DNA of 62,855 bases, from the IMG/VR virus record IMGVR_UViG_3300009537_000008, positions 1 through 62,855 of that record; one strand, written 5' to 3'. Shown in pieces: positions 18,720-30,400 of this stretch. The notes under the pieces were generated by a model, which made no database searches, was not told where the DNA came from, and saw nothing but the letters and a program-made list of their open reading frames with translations. The DNA comes from a virus. Lineage: Duplodnaviria > Caudoviricetes. Position numbers and translations under genes: made by a program. Within the stretch, counting starts at the first letter, position 1. The number at the start of each line of letters is the position of its first letter.

Positions 18720-19439
18720 TTATATAGCTTTTTTAAGAGTTAACATATTTTGAATCCATCGTTGTCCTAATGGATTCTGTATTGGTCTATTAATAAATTT
18801 AGTCACGGCTTTGATAATATCAGGTTGGAGCGCCCCTGTATTGGAATTATCAATTTCTATAAAATTTTTTCCAAACATTTGTTTATATACTTTTATATTT
18901 TGTTGTGTTTGGTTCCATATATCAGTTACTACATTATCAGGTAATGATCTTTCTCTTTTTGCATTTCGAGCTAGCGCTATGTCAAGCGATGTATTAACAA
19001 AAATCATATAAGTATCATACCCCAATTCATCCAAATCATTTTTTCTCGACTGGATTTTACCAACAACTTCCCCAGTGCCATCATGTATGATACCTAATCT
19101 TCCATCTTTAAATTTTTCTAATTGATTTTTTGTAATGTCCTGAGCTTTAGATCTTATTAACATAGCCTGTTCAAATTCCTTTGGAGATAATTGATTTAAT
19201 TTTAAACTAATACCAGCTTTATTTAATAAGTGAGTAAAAGCGCCATCGGAATTACTTACCTTAAGGCCGGTGGGTGATAGGTTAATTTTAGCTCCGGCTA
19301 ATCCAAATAACTGACTGGCAACTACTGATTTACCACTTCCAGGCCCGCCAGCTAAAAACACACCAGTTAATATTCCCGGGTCATATACACCCTCTTTAAT
19401 TAATGAAGATAATTTATTCATACCAATCTTATGATACAT
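18720..19439 (-). CDS. P-loop kinase (zeta-toxin/AAA_33-like); probable start 19421
   Basis: VFLAGGPGSGKS, IIHDGTG, MIFVNTSLDIALARNAKRER; MNKLSSLIKE leader-like start. Confidence 0.8.
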   Translation of the reverse strand: MYHKIGMNKLSSLIKEGVYDPGILTGVFLAGGPGSGKSVVASQLFGLAGAKINLSPTGLKVSNSDGAFTHLLNKAGISLKLNQLSPKEFEQAMLIRSKAQDITKNQLEKFKDGRLGIIHDGTGEVVGKIQSRKNDLDELGYDTYMIFVNTSLDIALARNAKRERSLPDNVVTDIWNQTQQNIKVYKQMFGKNFIEIDNSNTGALQPDIIKAVTKFINRPIQNPLGQRWIQNMLTLKKAI

Positions 19440-19466
19440 ATAATTATATCATAATTATAAAATATC

Positions 19467-20171
19467 TTAATTTCTTGGTCGGGAATCTTGTGGTGATGGC
19501 ACCCCAGGTCTATTGTCTCTTGGAGATGTATTAGGTTGGTTTTTAGGACCTGGATCTAAAATGGTAGGGTGGCCAGGTTTATGAATATCATCCCTGGGTC
19601 TAATATCTCTATTAATAGGTTTAGTAATTACTCTATCTTCTCGGTCTAAGTGGATAGGTTTGCTGACTCTATCTTCATTATAAACTTTATTAACTTTTGG
19701 TTGAACCTTATTAGGGGCATTATTTGAAAATGATTTTCTTGGAGAATAAATAACAGTCTCTTTATAATAAGGGGAGTGATAACTGTAATGGGGGTAAAAT
19801 GGTTCTCCCCAATAACAGTAACTATTACAATAATGATTATATCTCCAACTATAATGACAATAATTCCTTACACGATAATATGGATAGTAGTAAGGGTATT
19901 GAGAATAGTAGTAATAGGGGTAGTAATGTACTGGTGGATAATAATAAACTGTATAATAAGAATAAGTTCTGCGATAAGATGATAATGATGCGTACTCAGG
20001 TGACGTAAAGTCTAGGGAGCCTTTTTCAAGAATGGTTGAATTTTCTGTCTCTACAGTAAATGTTTTAGGCTGGGTATAACTCCTGAAGTACGCATCGTCA
20101 TCATATGTTTTTGTTGACCTACAACTAATAAAACTTATTAGTATACAACTTAATATTATTAACCTTTTCAT
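19467..20171 (-). CDS. Tyr-rich/Pro-rich lipoprotein
   Basis: MKR + hydrophobic stretch + ISC lipobox; Tyr-rich middle; Pro/Arg-rich disordered tail. Confidence 0.7.
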   Translation of the reverse strand: MKRLIILSCILISFISCRSTKTYDDDAYFRSYTQPKTFTVETENSTILEKGSLDFTSPEYASLSSYRRTYSYYTVYYYPPVHYYPYYYYSQYPYYYPYYRVRNYCHYSWRYNHYCNSYCYWGEPFYPHYSYHSPYYKETVIYSPRKSFSNNAPNKVQPKVNKVYNEDRVSKPIHLDREDRVITKPINRDIRPRDDIHKPGHPTILDPGPKNQPNTSPRDNRPGVPSPQDSRPRN

Positions 20172-20195
20172 TTTCCCCTTTATTATAATTATTAA

Positions 20196-22247
20196 CTAAA
20201 TTAGTTTCCCAAGCTCTTTTATTACCATTTCTGGAGAAATTTCTTTTGAGCATTCAAACATTCTATCTGTATTTTTTAATCTGGGGCACCAGTTCCAATC
20301 TCCTTTATCGAATATATGCTTCGGATCATTCCAACAACCATTACAAACTTTATCATTAAATATTCTTATAGTATTGTTATTTGTTTCATTTAACGGTTTA
20401 GTAACCCCAGATATAATAACGGTTGGTTTACCTAATGCCCAACTCAACCAGGATAGCCCAGAACTTAATCCAATAAAGAATTCACAATGTATTAAATCAT
20501 TAATCCTATCTTCAATTGAAAGGTCCCCAGTTTTATTAATTATATTTTTGAGATCTGTATATTCCTTTTGAATTACAATCACCTTATATCCCTTATCGTT
20601 TAAATAATCAATTACAGTTTGCCACCCAGTAGGATTATTCCAAAATTTACTTTGAGCAGTAGACGCTGTGGCAATACATACATATTTATCAGATATTAAT
20701 CTATCTTTCTTCTCAACAGATATCCTGGACTTTATTTCCTTATATTCCAAGCCTAGTATATCACAGCAGGTTTTTTGCAATGGTGCAGTTAAACAATGAA
20801 CTGGGCTATTGTTTTTATTATCATCCATATAATATCCAACCACATACTGTGCGATTAAATCATGTGCTGTGGCACCTGGTACAATGAATTCAATATTCGG
20901 ATATTCTTTTTCAAATAGATTATTCCAAAAAGTAGATAATACAACTTTACATTTATGTTTCTGTTGGAACTCTTCGACATAAGGCATCCACGCAATAGTG
21001 TCACCCAATGATTTACTATCTAATCCTATTAAGACTCGTTTGTCTTTTAAATCCATATAGTAAATATCATCGTTAATTTGTATTCTCCAGTTAACAAAAT
21101 ATTTCCTGCTACATCTTACCCAATGATTGGTTGTGATAGTCTCGCTATAAATTACTTCATCAGTATCATCATCAATAAAGGATACTTTATAAGTTTCTTC
21201 AACCGGGCCTGTTATTTCAACATAAGGGCCATTAATATAATGTACTATGGTATTATTGGTTGGTTTCTTAGGAATCATTGGATTCATAAACGCTCCTTCA
21301 TATTCGGAAATTAATATTGTCCGCATAAAATTATAATGATTTAGTAATTGTTTTGTGATATTAATATAGGAATGATCTTTGGCAGTTTGTAAAGCTAATT
21401 CCTTATAGGTATCAATATTTTTAATGCATTGATTGGTACCTATGATCATAGCATTTACATTCCTTTCACAAGTAATAATTCCTGGTAATTCTTTTTCCAT
21501 TGTACCTACAACTGGTAGTCCGCTGGCCATCGCTTCTAATAAAGTTAAGTTAGGATGCCCCGCTTCCATTTCCGACGGATGTAGAAATATAGTATGTTGG
21601 TGATATTCCTGTTTTAATTCTTCTTCTGTTAAATTATATTTAATTGTTAACTTATCATAAGTTGGTGGAAAGGCATTAAAGTAATTTTTATTATTATCAG
21701 GGCCAACAATAGTAATAGGTAGATTTAAATTTTTAGCCACTTCTATTGCAATACCAAATCCTTTTCGGTCAATCGTCTGATCATAAGCATAGCCATTATT
21801 TGCTACACATAATAAACTTTGATTGGGATTAAGGCTACCTGGTGTAAATTCATTTAGATTTACTCCGTGTGATAAGTATCTTAATTTTTTATTGTTATTA
21901 AAATATCCAATTAAGTATTGCGCTGGAACAAAACTTAAGATGGATTTTTCAATAGCTTCTAAATTTTCTTTATAGGTATGAGATTCTTTACCATTTATTA
22001 CACTGTGATGATCATGCATTGTAAAGATATATGGAATATTCCTCTCATAAGCCAATAGAGCCAAATTAGCTACATGGATATGTACTATATCATACTGCCC
22101 ATGTTGGACTTCATCCAAATATTTAATTTTGGATTGATGACCTTCTGCAATGGATTGTAAATGATATTCCCAGATAATCTTTTCTACAGCCCCCCAACCA
22201 TTAGGTGGGATAGGTAAAAGACCTGGGGTAACCTGGGCTATTTTCAT
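20196..22247 (-). CDS. GT4 glycosyltransferase fused to Aah/TibC-like protein O-heptosyltransferase
   Basis: IPPNGWGAVE, EAGHPNLTLLEAMASGLPVV (GT4); VLIGLDSKSLGDTIAWMPY, FFIGLSSGLSWLSWALG, CNGCWN...WCPR...FECSKEI (TibC-type Cys cluster). Confidence 0.85.
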   Translation of the reverse strand: MKIAQVTPGLLPIPPNGWGAVEKIIWEYHLQSIAEGHQSKIKYLDEVQHGQYDIVHIHVANLALLAYERNIPYIFTMHDHHSVINGKESHTYKENLEAIEKSILSFVPAQYLIGYFNNNKKLRYLSHGVNLNEFTPGSLNPNQSLLCVANNGYAYDQTIDRKGFGIAIEVAKNLNLPITIVGPDNNKNYFNAFPPTYDKLTIKYNLTEEELKQEYHQHTIFLHPSEMEAGHPNLTLLEAMASGLPVVGTMEKELPGIITCERNVNAMIIGTNQCIKNIDTYKELALQTAKDHSYINITKQLLNHYNFMRTILISEYEGAFMNPMIPKKPTNNTIVHYINGPYVEITGPVEETYKVSFIDDDTDEVIYSETITTNHWVRCSRKYFVNWRIQINDDIYYMDLKDKRVLIGLDSKSLGDTIAWMPYVEEFQQKHKCKVVLSTFWNNLFEKEYPNIEFIVPGATAHDLIAQYVVGYYMDDNKNNSPVHCLTAPLQKTCCDILGLEYKEIKSRISVEKKDRLISDKYVCIATASTAQSKFWNNPTGWQTVIDYLNDKGYKVIVIQKEYTDLKNIINKTGDLSIEDRINDLIHCEFFIGLSSGLSWLSWALGKPTVIISGVTKPLNETNNNTIRIFNDKVCNGCWNDPKHIFDKGDWNWCPRLKNTDRMFECSKEISPEMVIKELGKLI

Positions 22248-23052
22248 TAAAGTATTTTATATATTTTTGTGATTCATTTTTATTTTTTATCCCATGAAAT
22301 AATAATATTGTATTTACATTATCATAAACGTAATAATCAGTGAAGTTATTATATTCATCTAATGTTTTTTCTTTTTCCTCATATTCTTTAAATGTGTCAA
22401 AATCATCAGTATTTAAAAATAAGAATCCTAAATTCATATTATATTTATGTTTCCATAATAATACATTTAATGCAGTTTCATCCTGAAAAGGGAAGTATTC
22501 TAAATGGGATTCTAAAAAATATTTGTTATTTACTATTGACTCCCACTCTTTAATAAAATCTAAACATTCTTTATTAAATAATAAAAAACAACCATAAATA
22601 TAATCCGTTGTTCTATCAGGAATGTTATAATAATCTCTTAATTTAATTTCTGAATAAATATACTCCCACCCTTCCCCCGCATAGTAAGTAAATGGATATG
22701 CCACTGGCCCTCTACTACCCAAAGGATAATTAGTAATATATTCAAAATAAACTTTTAATTTTTCTAATGTAAATGACTTACTAAAAATTATATCAGTATC
22801 AACGTAAATAATTTTATCATCATATTCTAAAGCTCTTTTACAAATTGTAGGTTTATACAATATTAAGTTGGGCAAATCTAAATAAGGATGACCAACAGTA
22901 GTTAATTTGGGAAAAGTTATTTCACTATTAAATCCTATAGTAAAATATAAAATATTACAATCTAATCCAGAATATTTAATTGATTCTAATAGAACCTTTA
23001 CCTGGTATTCATTATTAAATGTAGAATAAAATACAATTGTCATTCTCTCCAA
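22201..23052 (-). CDS. GT-A fold glycosyltransferase (GT8-like)
   Basis: KP, IIYVDTD, FQDETALN, FHG motifs. Confidence 0.75.
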   Translation of the reverse strand: MERMTIVFYSTFNNEYQVKVLLESIKYSGLDCNILYFTIGFNSEITFPKLTTVGHPYLDLPNLILYKPTICKRALEYDDKIIYVDTDIIFSKSFTLEKLKVYFEYITNYPLGSRGPVAYPFTYYAGEGWEYIYSEIKLRDYYNIPDRTTDYIYGCFLLFNKECLDFIKEWESIVNNKYFLESHLEYFPFQDETALNVLLWKHKYNMNLGFLFLNTDDFDTFKEYEEKEKTLDEYNNFTDYYVYDNVNTILLFHGIKNKNESQKYIKYFNENSPGYPRSFTYPT

Positions 23053-26000
23053 AAATTATAAATTCGCAATTCACCATTCCCTAAAAATAATTTAAATCCT
23101 TTAAACCCGGCATTAGTTAATCTATTCCACATTTCATCCGATATTTCTTCACTTAATTGATTTAAATGAAATTCCATAGCGATATTATTTATCTTTGCTA
23201 AATTTTCATCTGATATTCCTTTCAGAATATTATATTCACTTCCTTCAGTATCAATTTTTAAAAAGTCAATTTTATCAAATAGTTTCTGTTCAAATAAATT
23301 ATCAATAGTTGTTGAGAATACAAAATCAGAATTATTATACGTGGGCTTATTAAATATGCTTGCTCCGCCTGTATCACCAAAATCTGGAGTCTTTAATTCT
23401 AATAGACTATTATCATTACCTAATGCCATTTTAAATGCAGTGCAATTAGTTGGTTTATTTTTTAATAATAATTGATAAGCAGTGTCGGTAGGTTCAAAGG
23501 AATATATTTTGGCCGCCCCACGCTCATTTGCATAGTTAGTAAATATCCCGATATTAGCACCAGCATCAACTACAATGTCACCATCTTTAATTCTACACCC
23601 ATATCTTTCATAAGAACATCCAGGTGCATCGTAAGCAAAATCATAATACATTTCCGAATACATCATTTGGTATGTCAGACATTTACCATCATTAAACATT
23701 GCCCAATCAAATTCTTTATTATCTGGATCTAAATTTGCTTTTTCAATAAATATTTGTCCAGGATGAAGTTTGGTTGCTAAATATTTAGGAGACATTGCAT
23801 TATTTACATAATAGCTTTTCTTCCTGCGATTAGCGAAAATATATGTTGCAAAAGGGCATTCATAGATTTTAAATCCATTAGCAATCAAATTATTTTTAAT
23901 TGCAATTAACCTATCTTCTCCATTTTCAACATTACCACAATGTGTTTCAATTAATATTGAATCAATCTTACTTAGGGCTACTTCTGTTAGATTTTCCAAT
24001 ATATCAAACTCAGCACCTTCAATGTCTAATTTTAATAAATCAATCCTTTCAATATTTTCTATTTCCATAAAGTAATCTAATGTTATGGCGTCGACTTCCT
24101 CTGATTGTTCTGTCACTGTATAAATAGAACTTATAAGACTGTTGTCCTTAGGGTCAGTATATAATGTTAGGTTTGTATTTTCCTTATAAAGGGCATTACT
24201 ATACATTACAACATTATTATGTTCTTTAAGATTAATCTTTAATTGCTCAACTGCTTTATTATTAGGTTCAAAACAATATACTTTCTTAGCATTTTTACTT
24301 AAAATAAATTTAGTCCATAATCCAATATTAGCACCAACATCGACCACAATAGATCTACCATCAATATCTAAATCCTCATAAATTTTATCTACAAAAAATT
24401 CCGTGTAATTGTTGAAGATTGGTTCTGAATTTGTAAGATCCATTACTGGTTTATAAAACGGGATTGATTTTATTCTAATTTCATATTTGTACACACAATT
24501 ATTCTTATCATACATTTCAATTAGAAACCCACCAAAATTAATGTCGTTAGCAAAGTCACATACATGTTTTGGTAATGGTACACACCAAAAAGAACTACCT
24601 GGGAATAATTGTCCTGTAGTATAACTATAAATGCAGGCTTTAGAATCTATATCTTTTATGGATATTAATAATGAATTAAATGTTTCTAAACATTCAAAAT
24701 TCAATTGGTTAGAATCACCAGTAAAAGAAATATTAAACGGCTGGGTTACTTCATTAGGAACTGGTTCTGGTATTTCAATATTATCAAAAAGAATAACTCC
24801 ATCTCCCTTATAGATTGATTTGTTTCCCATATTATAATTTAGGTATTTGGTGTCGATTAAAACATCTTTATCAAAGATATTAATTTTAATATCAGATGAT
24901 TCTGTTAATTTAATATATTTAAAATTGCTGAATTGAAATCCACAATTAATTGTGAATGTTTCTATAAATTCATTATTAAAAAATACTTCAAATGTGTATG
25001 GTGTATGATTCTCATTACACACATATAAATATTCAAATCCATTGTTTCCCTGATAAATTTTCGCTGTAATATCTCTATAAGATGAAACATTGATAATACT
25101 ATTATTAAAATAGTGTTTAACATATCCTTCAACTAATACTATTTTATCTATTAAGGGGGCAAATGCTTCGTAAAAGAAATGCTCTAAACAATTTGGAAAT
25201 CTTAATGCAAAACTATTATTATATTCCTCAATAGTATCTGGGAACATATTATTAAATACATTTAAAAACGATTCTAATTTACCTGCAAAGAAACAACTCT
25301 CATAATATTTATCTGGTATATCACCATATACAGCCTCCCCAGGATGAAAGAAAATTAAATCTTTGTTTTCTTTAATTAATTGTTTATCTAATAACTTTAT
25401 TTTATTAATATCATCTTTACTGTAATTATGATCAAACTCTGTAAAATAAAAATAATCATATCCTAATTGTTTAGCAGTATTAAATGCTAATCTCATATTT
25501 CTAATAATAGGATATTCATGTGAGGAATGTACAAATGATCGCACCTCCACACCATTATCTTTTCTAAAGCCATAGACATTATTAATATTAAAAGTATTGT
25601 CCTTATCAAATAAATGATAGTCTACTAATTTTAATATATCAGGTGGGATTGGACAATGTGATACCAGTATAATATCGGTTTCTAATGCTTTGATTGAGTT
25701 AATACAATCTTTAAGTAATATAGCTTTAGTATCGTCAGTTAAATAAGCATCTATAATAGTAACTTTTTTTCTATTTGGTTCCTTAACGGACAATTCTAAT
25801 TTATCTAATATTAAATTTGTATTAACATTTATATCATTTTCTAAATAGTTTATGGCTTCGTATTTATCATACATTCCTAAATACACTGGTAGATTGTATA
25901 TTAAAGATGGTATCTGATGACTTATAGCTTCTCTAATTACTAATGGATTAGTTTCTTTATCATGTGAAGTTCCTTTGGAAGTAAAGATAAATAAATCCAT

Positions 26001-26750
26001 ACAACTATAGAATTTATCTACATCATTTCTTTCATTCCACCATTTACAGTTGCTGGGAAAGTCTTTCATTAATGGTTTCCAATAGTATTCAAAATTTTCA
26101 GCTTGGTTTCCTAAAAAATGAAATTGTATTTTTTCGGCTTTTAATCTTTTAGCATATTCAATTACCTCCGCTTGGTTTTTTCTGGGAGTAAATAATCCTA
26201 CATTTAATACATGTTTATATGTAGGGTCTAACCCCAATTCTAATAAAGTAGCATCCCTATCTAACCTGGGAATGTAATCTATTGGATATTCAACTAATTT
26301 ACAAGGTACACCTAAATCTTTAAAATGATTTATTTGATATTGACTAACTAATAAAAATCCATCTGGTAAAGTTACTTTATTTTTAATATCATAACTGGAG
26401 TCGTGGCTGGTTTCAAATATTTTATATTTCCTATCTGGAGTATAGATTTGTTCACATATCTCTACTGGAATAAAGAATTCAGGTATTTCTTCAAAGTGAA
26501 TAACATCAGGCTGAATGGTTTTTATTAGTTTAACTAATTCAAATTTATTTTCTCCTAATGTAATAAATTTATCCTTATCAATTAAAGATACAATTCTATT
26601 GCGCTGTATAACAAGAATACCCCCAGTAATGTTTGAATATTCTATTACATATATTATATAATCATTTTTTAATAATTCTATTTTTTTTACTAAGTATTGC
26701 GGTAAACCTCCCGTGGATAAGTGTGGAGTAACAAATAATAATATCTTCAT
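23040..26750 (-). CDS. Multidomain GT4 glycosyltransferase + two FkbM methyltransferases
   Basis: PHLSTGGLPQY, VGLFTPRKNQ, ETNPLVIREA; VVDVGANIG...LKLDIEGAE and VVDAGANIG...LKIDTEGSE. Confidence 0.85.
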   Translation of the reverse strand: MKILLFVTPHLSTGGLPQYLVKKIELLKNDYIIYVIEYSNITGGILVIQRNRIVSLIDKDKFITLGENKFELVKLIKTIQPDVIHFEEIPEFFIPVEICEQIYTPDRKYKIFETSHDSSYDIKNKVTLPDGFLLVSQYQINHFKDLGVPCKLVEYPIDYIPRLDRDATLLELGLDPTYKHVLNVGLFTPRKNQAEVIEYAKRLKAEKIQFHFLGNQAENFEYYWKPLMKDFPSNCKWWNERNDVDKFYSCMDLFIFTSKGTSHDKETNPLVIREAISHQIPSLIYNLPVYLGMYDKYEAINYLENDINVNTNLILDKLELSVKEPNRKKVTIIDAYLTDDTKAILLKDCINSIKALETDIILVSHCPIPPDILKLVDYHLFDKDNTFNINNVYGFRKDNGVEVRSFVHSSHEYPIIRNMRLAFNTAKQLGYDYFYFTEFDHNYSKDDINKIKLLDKQLIKENKDLIFFHPGEAVYGDIPDKYYESCFFAGKLESFLNVFNNMFPDTIEEYNNSFALRFPNCLEHFFYEAFAPLIDKIVLVEGYVKHYFNNSIINVSSYRDITAKIYQGNNGFEYLYVCNENHTPYTFEVFFNNEFIETFTINCGFQFSNFKYIKLTESSDIKINIFDKDVLIDTKYLNYNMGNKSIYKGDGVILFDNIEIPEPVPNEVTQPFNISFTGDSNQLNFECLETFNSLLISIKDIDSKACIYSYTTGQLFPGSSFWCVPLPKHVCDFANDINFGGFLIEMYDKNNCVYKYEIRIKSIPFYKPVMDLTNSEPIFNNYTEFFVDKIYEDLDIDGRSIVVDVGANIGLWTKFILSKNAKKVYCFEPNNKAVEQLKINLKEHNNVVMYSNALYKENTNLTLYTDPKDNSLISSIYTVTEQSEEVDAITLDYFMEIENIERIDLLKLDIEGAEFDILENLTEVALSKIDSILIETHCGNVENGEDRLIAIKNNLIANGFKIYECPFATYIFANRRKKSYYVNNAMSPKYLATKLHPGQIFIEKANLDPDNKEFDWAMFNDGKCLTYQMMYSEMYYDFAYDAPGCSYERYGCRIKDGDIVVDAGANIGIFTNYANERGAAKIYSFEPTDTAYQLLLKNKPTNCTAFKMALGNDNSLLELKTPDFGDTGGASIFNKPTYNNSDFVFSTTIDNLFEQKLFDKIDFLKIDTEGSEYNILKGISDENLAKINNIAMEFHLNQLSEEISDEMWNRLTNAGFKGFKLFLGNGELRIYNFWRE

Positions 26751-26774
26751 TTAGTATATAAGTATAACTGGTAT

Positions 26775-26806
26775 TAAAGGTAATGAAAATTTCTGAGATA
26801 AACAAA
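26775..26806 (-). promoter_or_regulatory. Bacteroidetes-type promoter driving the glycosyltransferase operon
   Basis: TTTG-N20-TACCTTTA, spacer shares tctcagaaattttcat with the copy at 67-98. Confidence 0.7.
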
Positions 26807-26814
26807 TTTTTATG

Positions 26815-27411
26815 CTAAAAAGATGAATTATTTTTTTTAATTGGGCCTGAGTAATCTATTGTAATATCTAACCATAATTGGCTGATATAATAATCGTTAT
26901 TATTTGATTGAGTTTCATATCCAAATCCAGCGCCAGTGGTTGTATTAAAAATATCTACTGGTAATGCTAAGGAAGAAAATGATATATTATGCTCTTGCCA
27001 TACATTGGCATTATTATTACTAATAGTCTGAGTTAGAACTGCGCTAACATCATCTATTATAAATAAATCTAAATCTATATTTTTTCTATTTGTCATTAAT
27101 CTTATATGATAATCGATATTCGTTATTTGAAACGTTTGTATAAGCCCAGGATTTTCTAAAGCAAAATGTGCTAATGGTAATGGAGAAAAGAAAAATAAAT
27201 CAATGTCACCTGATGCATTGTTTATAGATTCATTATACGTATCATCATCAGTAACTGCTTCATTAATAGTAGTGGCGTTATTTAACACCGGTAGCACTGT
27301 GTTTATGTCAACAGGAGTAAACATCGTGGATTGAATATACCCAGTAGATGGTCTGATTCTATAAATCCTAGTAAAACTTCCCGCCATGTTATTATGGTCT
27401 TTTAACAACAA
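26815..27411 (-). CDS. Hypothetical beta-rich protein downstream of fibre (probable start 27387)
   Basis: ORF coupled to fibre gene. Confidence 0.6.
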   Translation of the reverse strand: MLLKDHNNMAGSFTRIYRIRPSTGYIQSTMFTPVDINTVLPVLNNATTINEAVTDDDTYNESINNASGDIDLFFFSPLPLAHFALENPGLIQTFQITNIDYHIRLMTNRKNIDLDLFIIDDVSAVLTQTISNNNANVWQEHNISFSSLALPVDIFNTTTGAGFGYETQSNNNDYYISQLWLDITIDYSGPIKKNNSSF

Positions 27412-30400
27412 TTGTTACTGATAAACCTAATGGCCCATTTCCTGCGGTAGGCATTCCTGTTGCGGCAGTGTCTAATATTACTGCTACTCTCGTCCCCTCT
27501 AAAATTGTTGGATTAGTTATTGATATACCAGAAAGTACTGCGGATGTATAGTATACTGCCGCAGTCCCCATTGCTAAATCAGATGCTAGTACATATACAC
27601 CATTACCGGTACCACCTTGTCCGTTATATAATACAACATTTACATATATATCACTATTACCTTGTGCGTCTACCGAGGCTATCACATCAATAATTTCATA
27701 ATTATTCAGTTCTGTTGGAATAACAATATATGATCCATCAGTTTCCGGAGTTTGTGCTGCTAATGGTAATGTATCATTTATTTCTTCAAACATTAAATAC
27801 GGATTTAATGAAATATATCTTTCATCAGCCACTTTTGATAGTGTGGCTACCACAACAGTCCCACCCGCACTTAAGTTTGTAAACTCAATATCTGTTAGAA
27901 CTATTGTATATACAGGATTTATATATGAAATGGAATTAATCCTTCCTAAATAAAAATTAGCTGATGCGTATTCATCGAATAATCTAATTCGATCCCCTCT
28001 ATTCATTGAATCGAACCATGTATTAATACCTAATGATTGTATAGAATCCTCATTGAATTCTATAGTAGATATTCCTGCACCAGGAGTATGTGGATCGAAA
28101 AATAATTCTGGAGAGCTCGGGGACACCCCAACGGAATAAAAGGAAAATGAATCACCTCCAAATATTCCATTAGCACCAGTAGCACCAGTAGCACCAGTAG
28201 CACCAGTAGCACCATTATTACCATATCTTGTAAAAGATATTATAATGTTTTCATTATTAGTAAGAGTACCATTGCTACTAATAAATGTAACAGGAATTCT
28301 AGTATATCCTGATGGTAAACTTGATCCACTAGTAATATGATACACAACAAAAATTGTAGGATTATTTTTTGACCATATTGTTAATGCTCCTCTAGGATTA
28401 GTACTGGCTCCAGTTAATGCAGCTATCCAATTAGTTCTTAAATTTACTCCATTAAAATTTAAATCATCGATAAATAATTGGGTGACACTACCTAACGTGG
28501 CATTATTAAATCTTATAAACCCATTTCCAGGATCAGCATCTGTTGTGGTGGTACTAAATTGAAATTCCATAGAATTTCCACCAAAATGCCCAGTAGTTCC
28601 CGATGTTCCACTAGTCCCAGCAGTACCTCCACCTCCTGTTGAACTAGTACCTGATGTTCCGGCCGAACCACTGCTACCAGTACTTCCTGAACTACCACTA
28701 GTACCAGAAGTTCCACTTGTCCCGGATGTTCCAGAAGTACCTGTGCTTCCTGATGAACCAGTAGAACCACTCGACCCAGTTGAGCCACTACTACCTGACG
28801 TTCCACTTGTGCCCGAAGTTCCGCTAGTACCTGTTGACCCACTACTACCAGTACTCCCCGAAGAACCAGTAGATCCCGAGCTACCGCTAGTTCCTGATGT
28901 TCCAGAAGTTCCACTTGTCCCTGATGTGCCAGTACTACCACTTGAGCCAGTGCTGCCGGAACTTCCTGTTGAACCACTACTACCAGTGCTACCGGAACTA
29001 CCACTAGTCCCTGATGTACCTGTACTACCGCTACTTCCCGAAGTTCCACTAGTACCTGAGGTTCCACTGGTTCCAGTACTACCAGAACTACCACGTGTAC
29101 CAGAAGTCCCACTTGATCCTGAAGTCCCACTAGTTCCTGTGGAACCACTTGAACCAGTACTACCAGATGAACCAGAACTACCACTTGTACCTGAAGTCCC
29201 ACTAGTCCCTGAGCTACCACTCGTACCAGATGTTCCAGTACTACCACTAGATCCTGTTGACCCTGAGCTTCCAGTAGAGCCCGAACTTCCTGATGTTCCA
29301 CTAGTACCTGATGTTCCACTAGTTCCAGTACTACCTGATGACCCAGTAGAACCGCTTGAACCAGAACTTCCTGATGTTCCACTAGTACCTGATGTTCCAC
29401 TAGTTCCAGTACTACCTGAGCTTCCTGTACTACCAGATGACCCAGTAGATCCCGAACTTCCACCAGTACCTGACGTTCCAGATGTACCGCTGGTACCAGT
29501 ACTACCACTAGAACCCGTGCTGCCGCTCGAACCAGTACTACCTGAGCTTCCACTAGTACCTGATGTTCCACTTGTACCAGATGTTCCTGTAGATCCAGAA
29601 CTACCTGTTGATCCTGAAGACCCGGTACTACCACTACTTCCACTAGTACCAGATGTGCCAGAGGTTCCTGATGATCCACTTGTTCCAGTACTACCCGAAC
29701 TTCCCGTAGACCCTGAGCTACCACTAGTACCTGATGTTCCTGTACTACCCGAACTTCCCGTAGACCCTGAAGTGCCACTGGTTCCAGATGTTCCACTGGT
29801 ACCGGTTGACCCACTACTACCCGTACTACCAGATGACCCCGTAGATCCGGAACTACCACTACTACCTGTTGTTCCAGAAGTACCTGAACTACCAGCTGTA
29901 CCACTAGTACCTGTGGAACCACTTGAGCCAGAAGTCCCCGAAGTTCCACTAGTACCTGATGTACCTGAACTACCTGAGGTACCACTTGAACCAGTACTAC
30001 CACTACTACCTGACGTCCCAGTGCTCCCACTCGATCCAGTTGAACCTGAACTTCCTGACGTTCCACTACTTCCCGATGTTCCGTTCTGGCCTGATGTACC
30101 ACTTGAACCTGAAGTGCCACTGCTGCCACTGGTACCAGAAGATCCAGATGTACCATTTATTCCACTGGTGCCTGATGTACCTGAACTACCTGAAGTGCCG
30201 CTGGTTCCGGAACTTCCAGCTGATCCGCTGGTACCGGTCGAGCCTGAACTACCACTGGTTCCTGAACTTCCAGATGTTCCACTGGATCCAGTACTACCCG
30301 AAGAACCAGTACTTCCACTACTTCCTGACGTTCCACTCGTTCCAGCTGTTCCACTTGAACCAGTACTACCAGATGAACCAGAAGTTCCACTAGTACCTGA

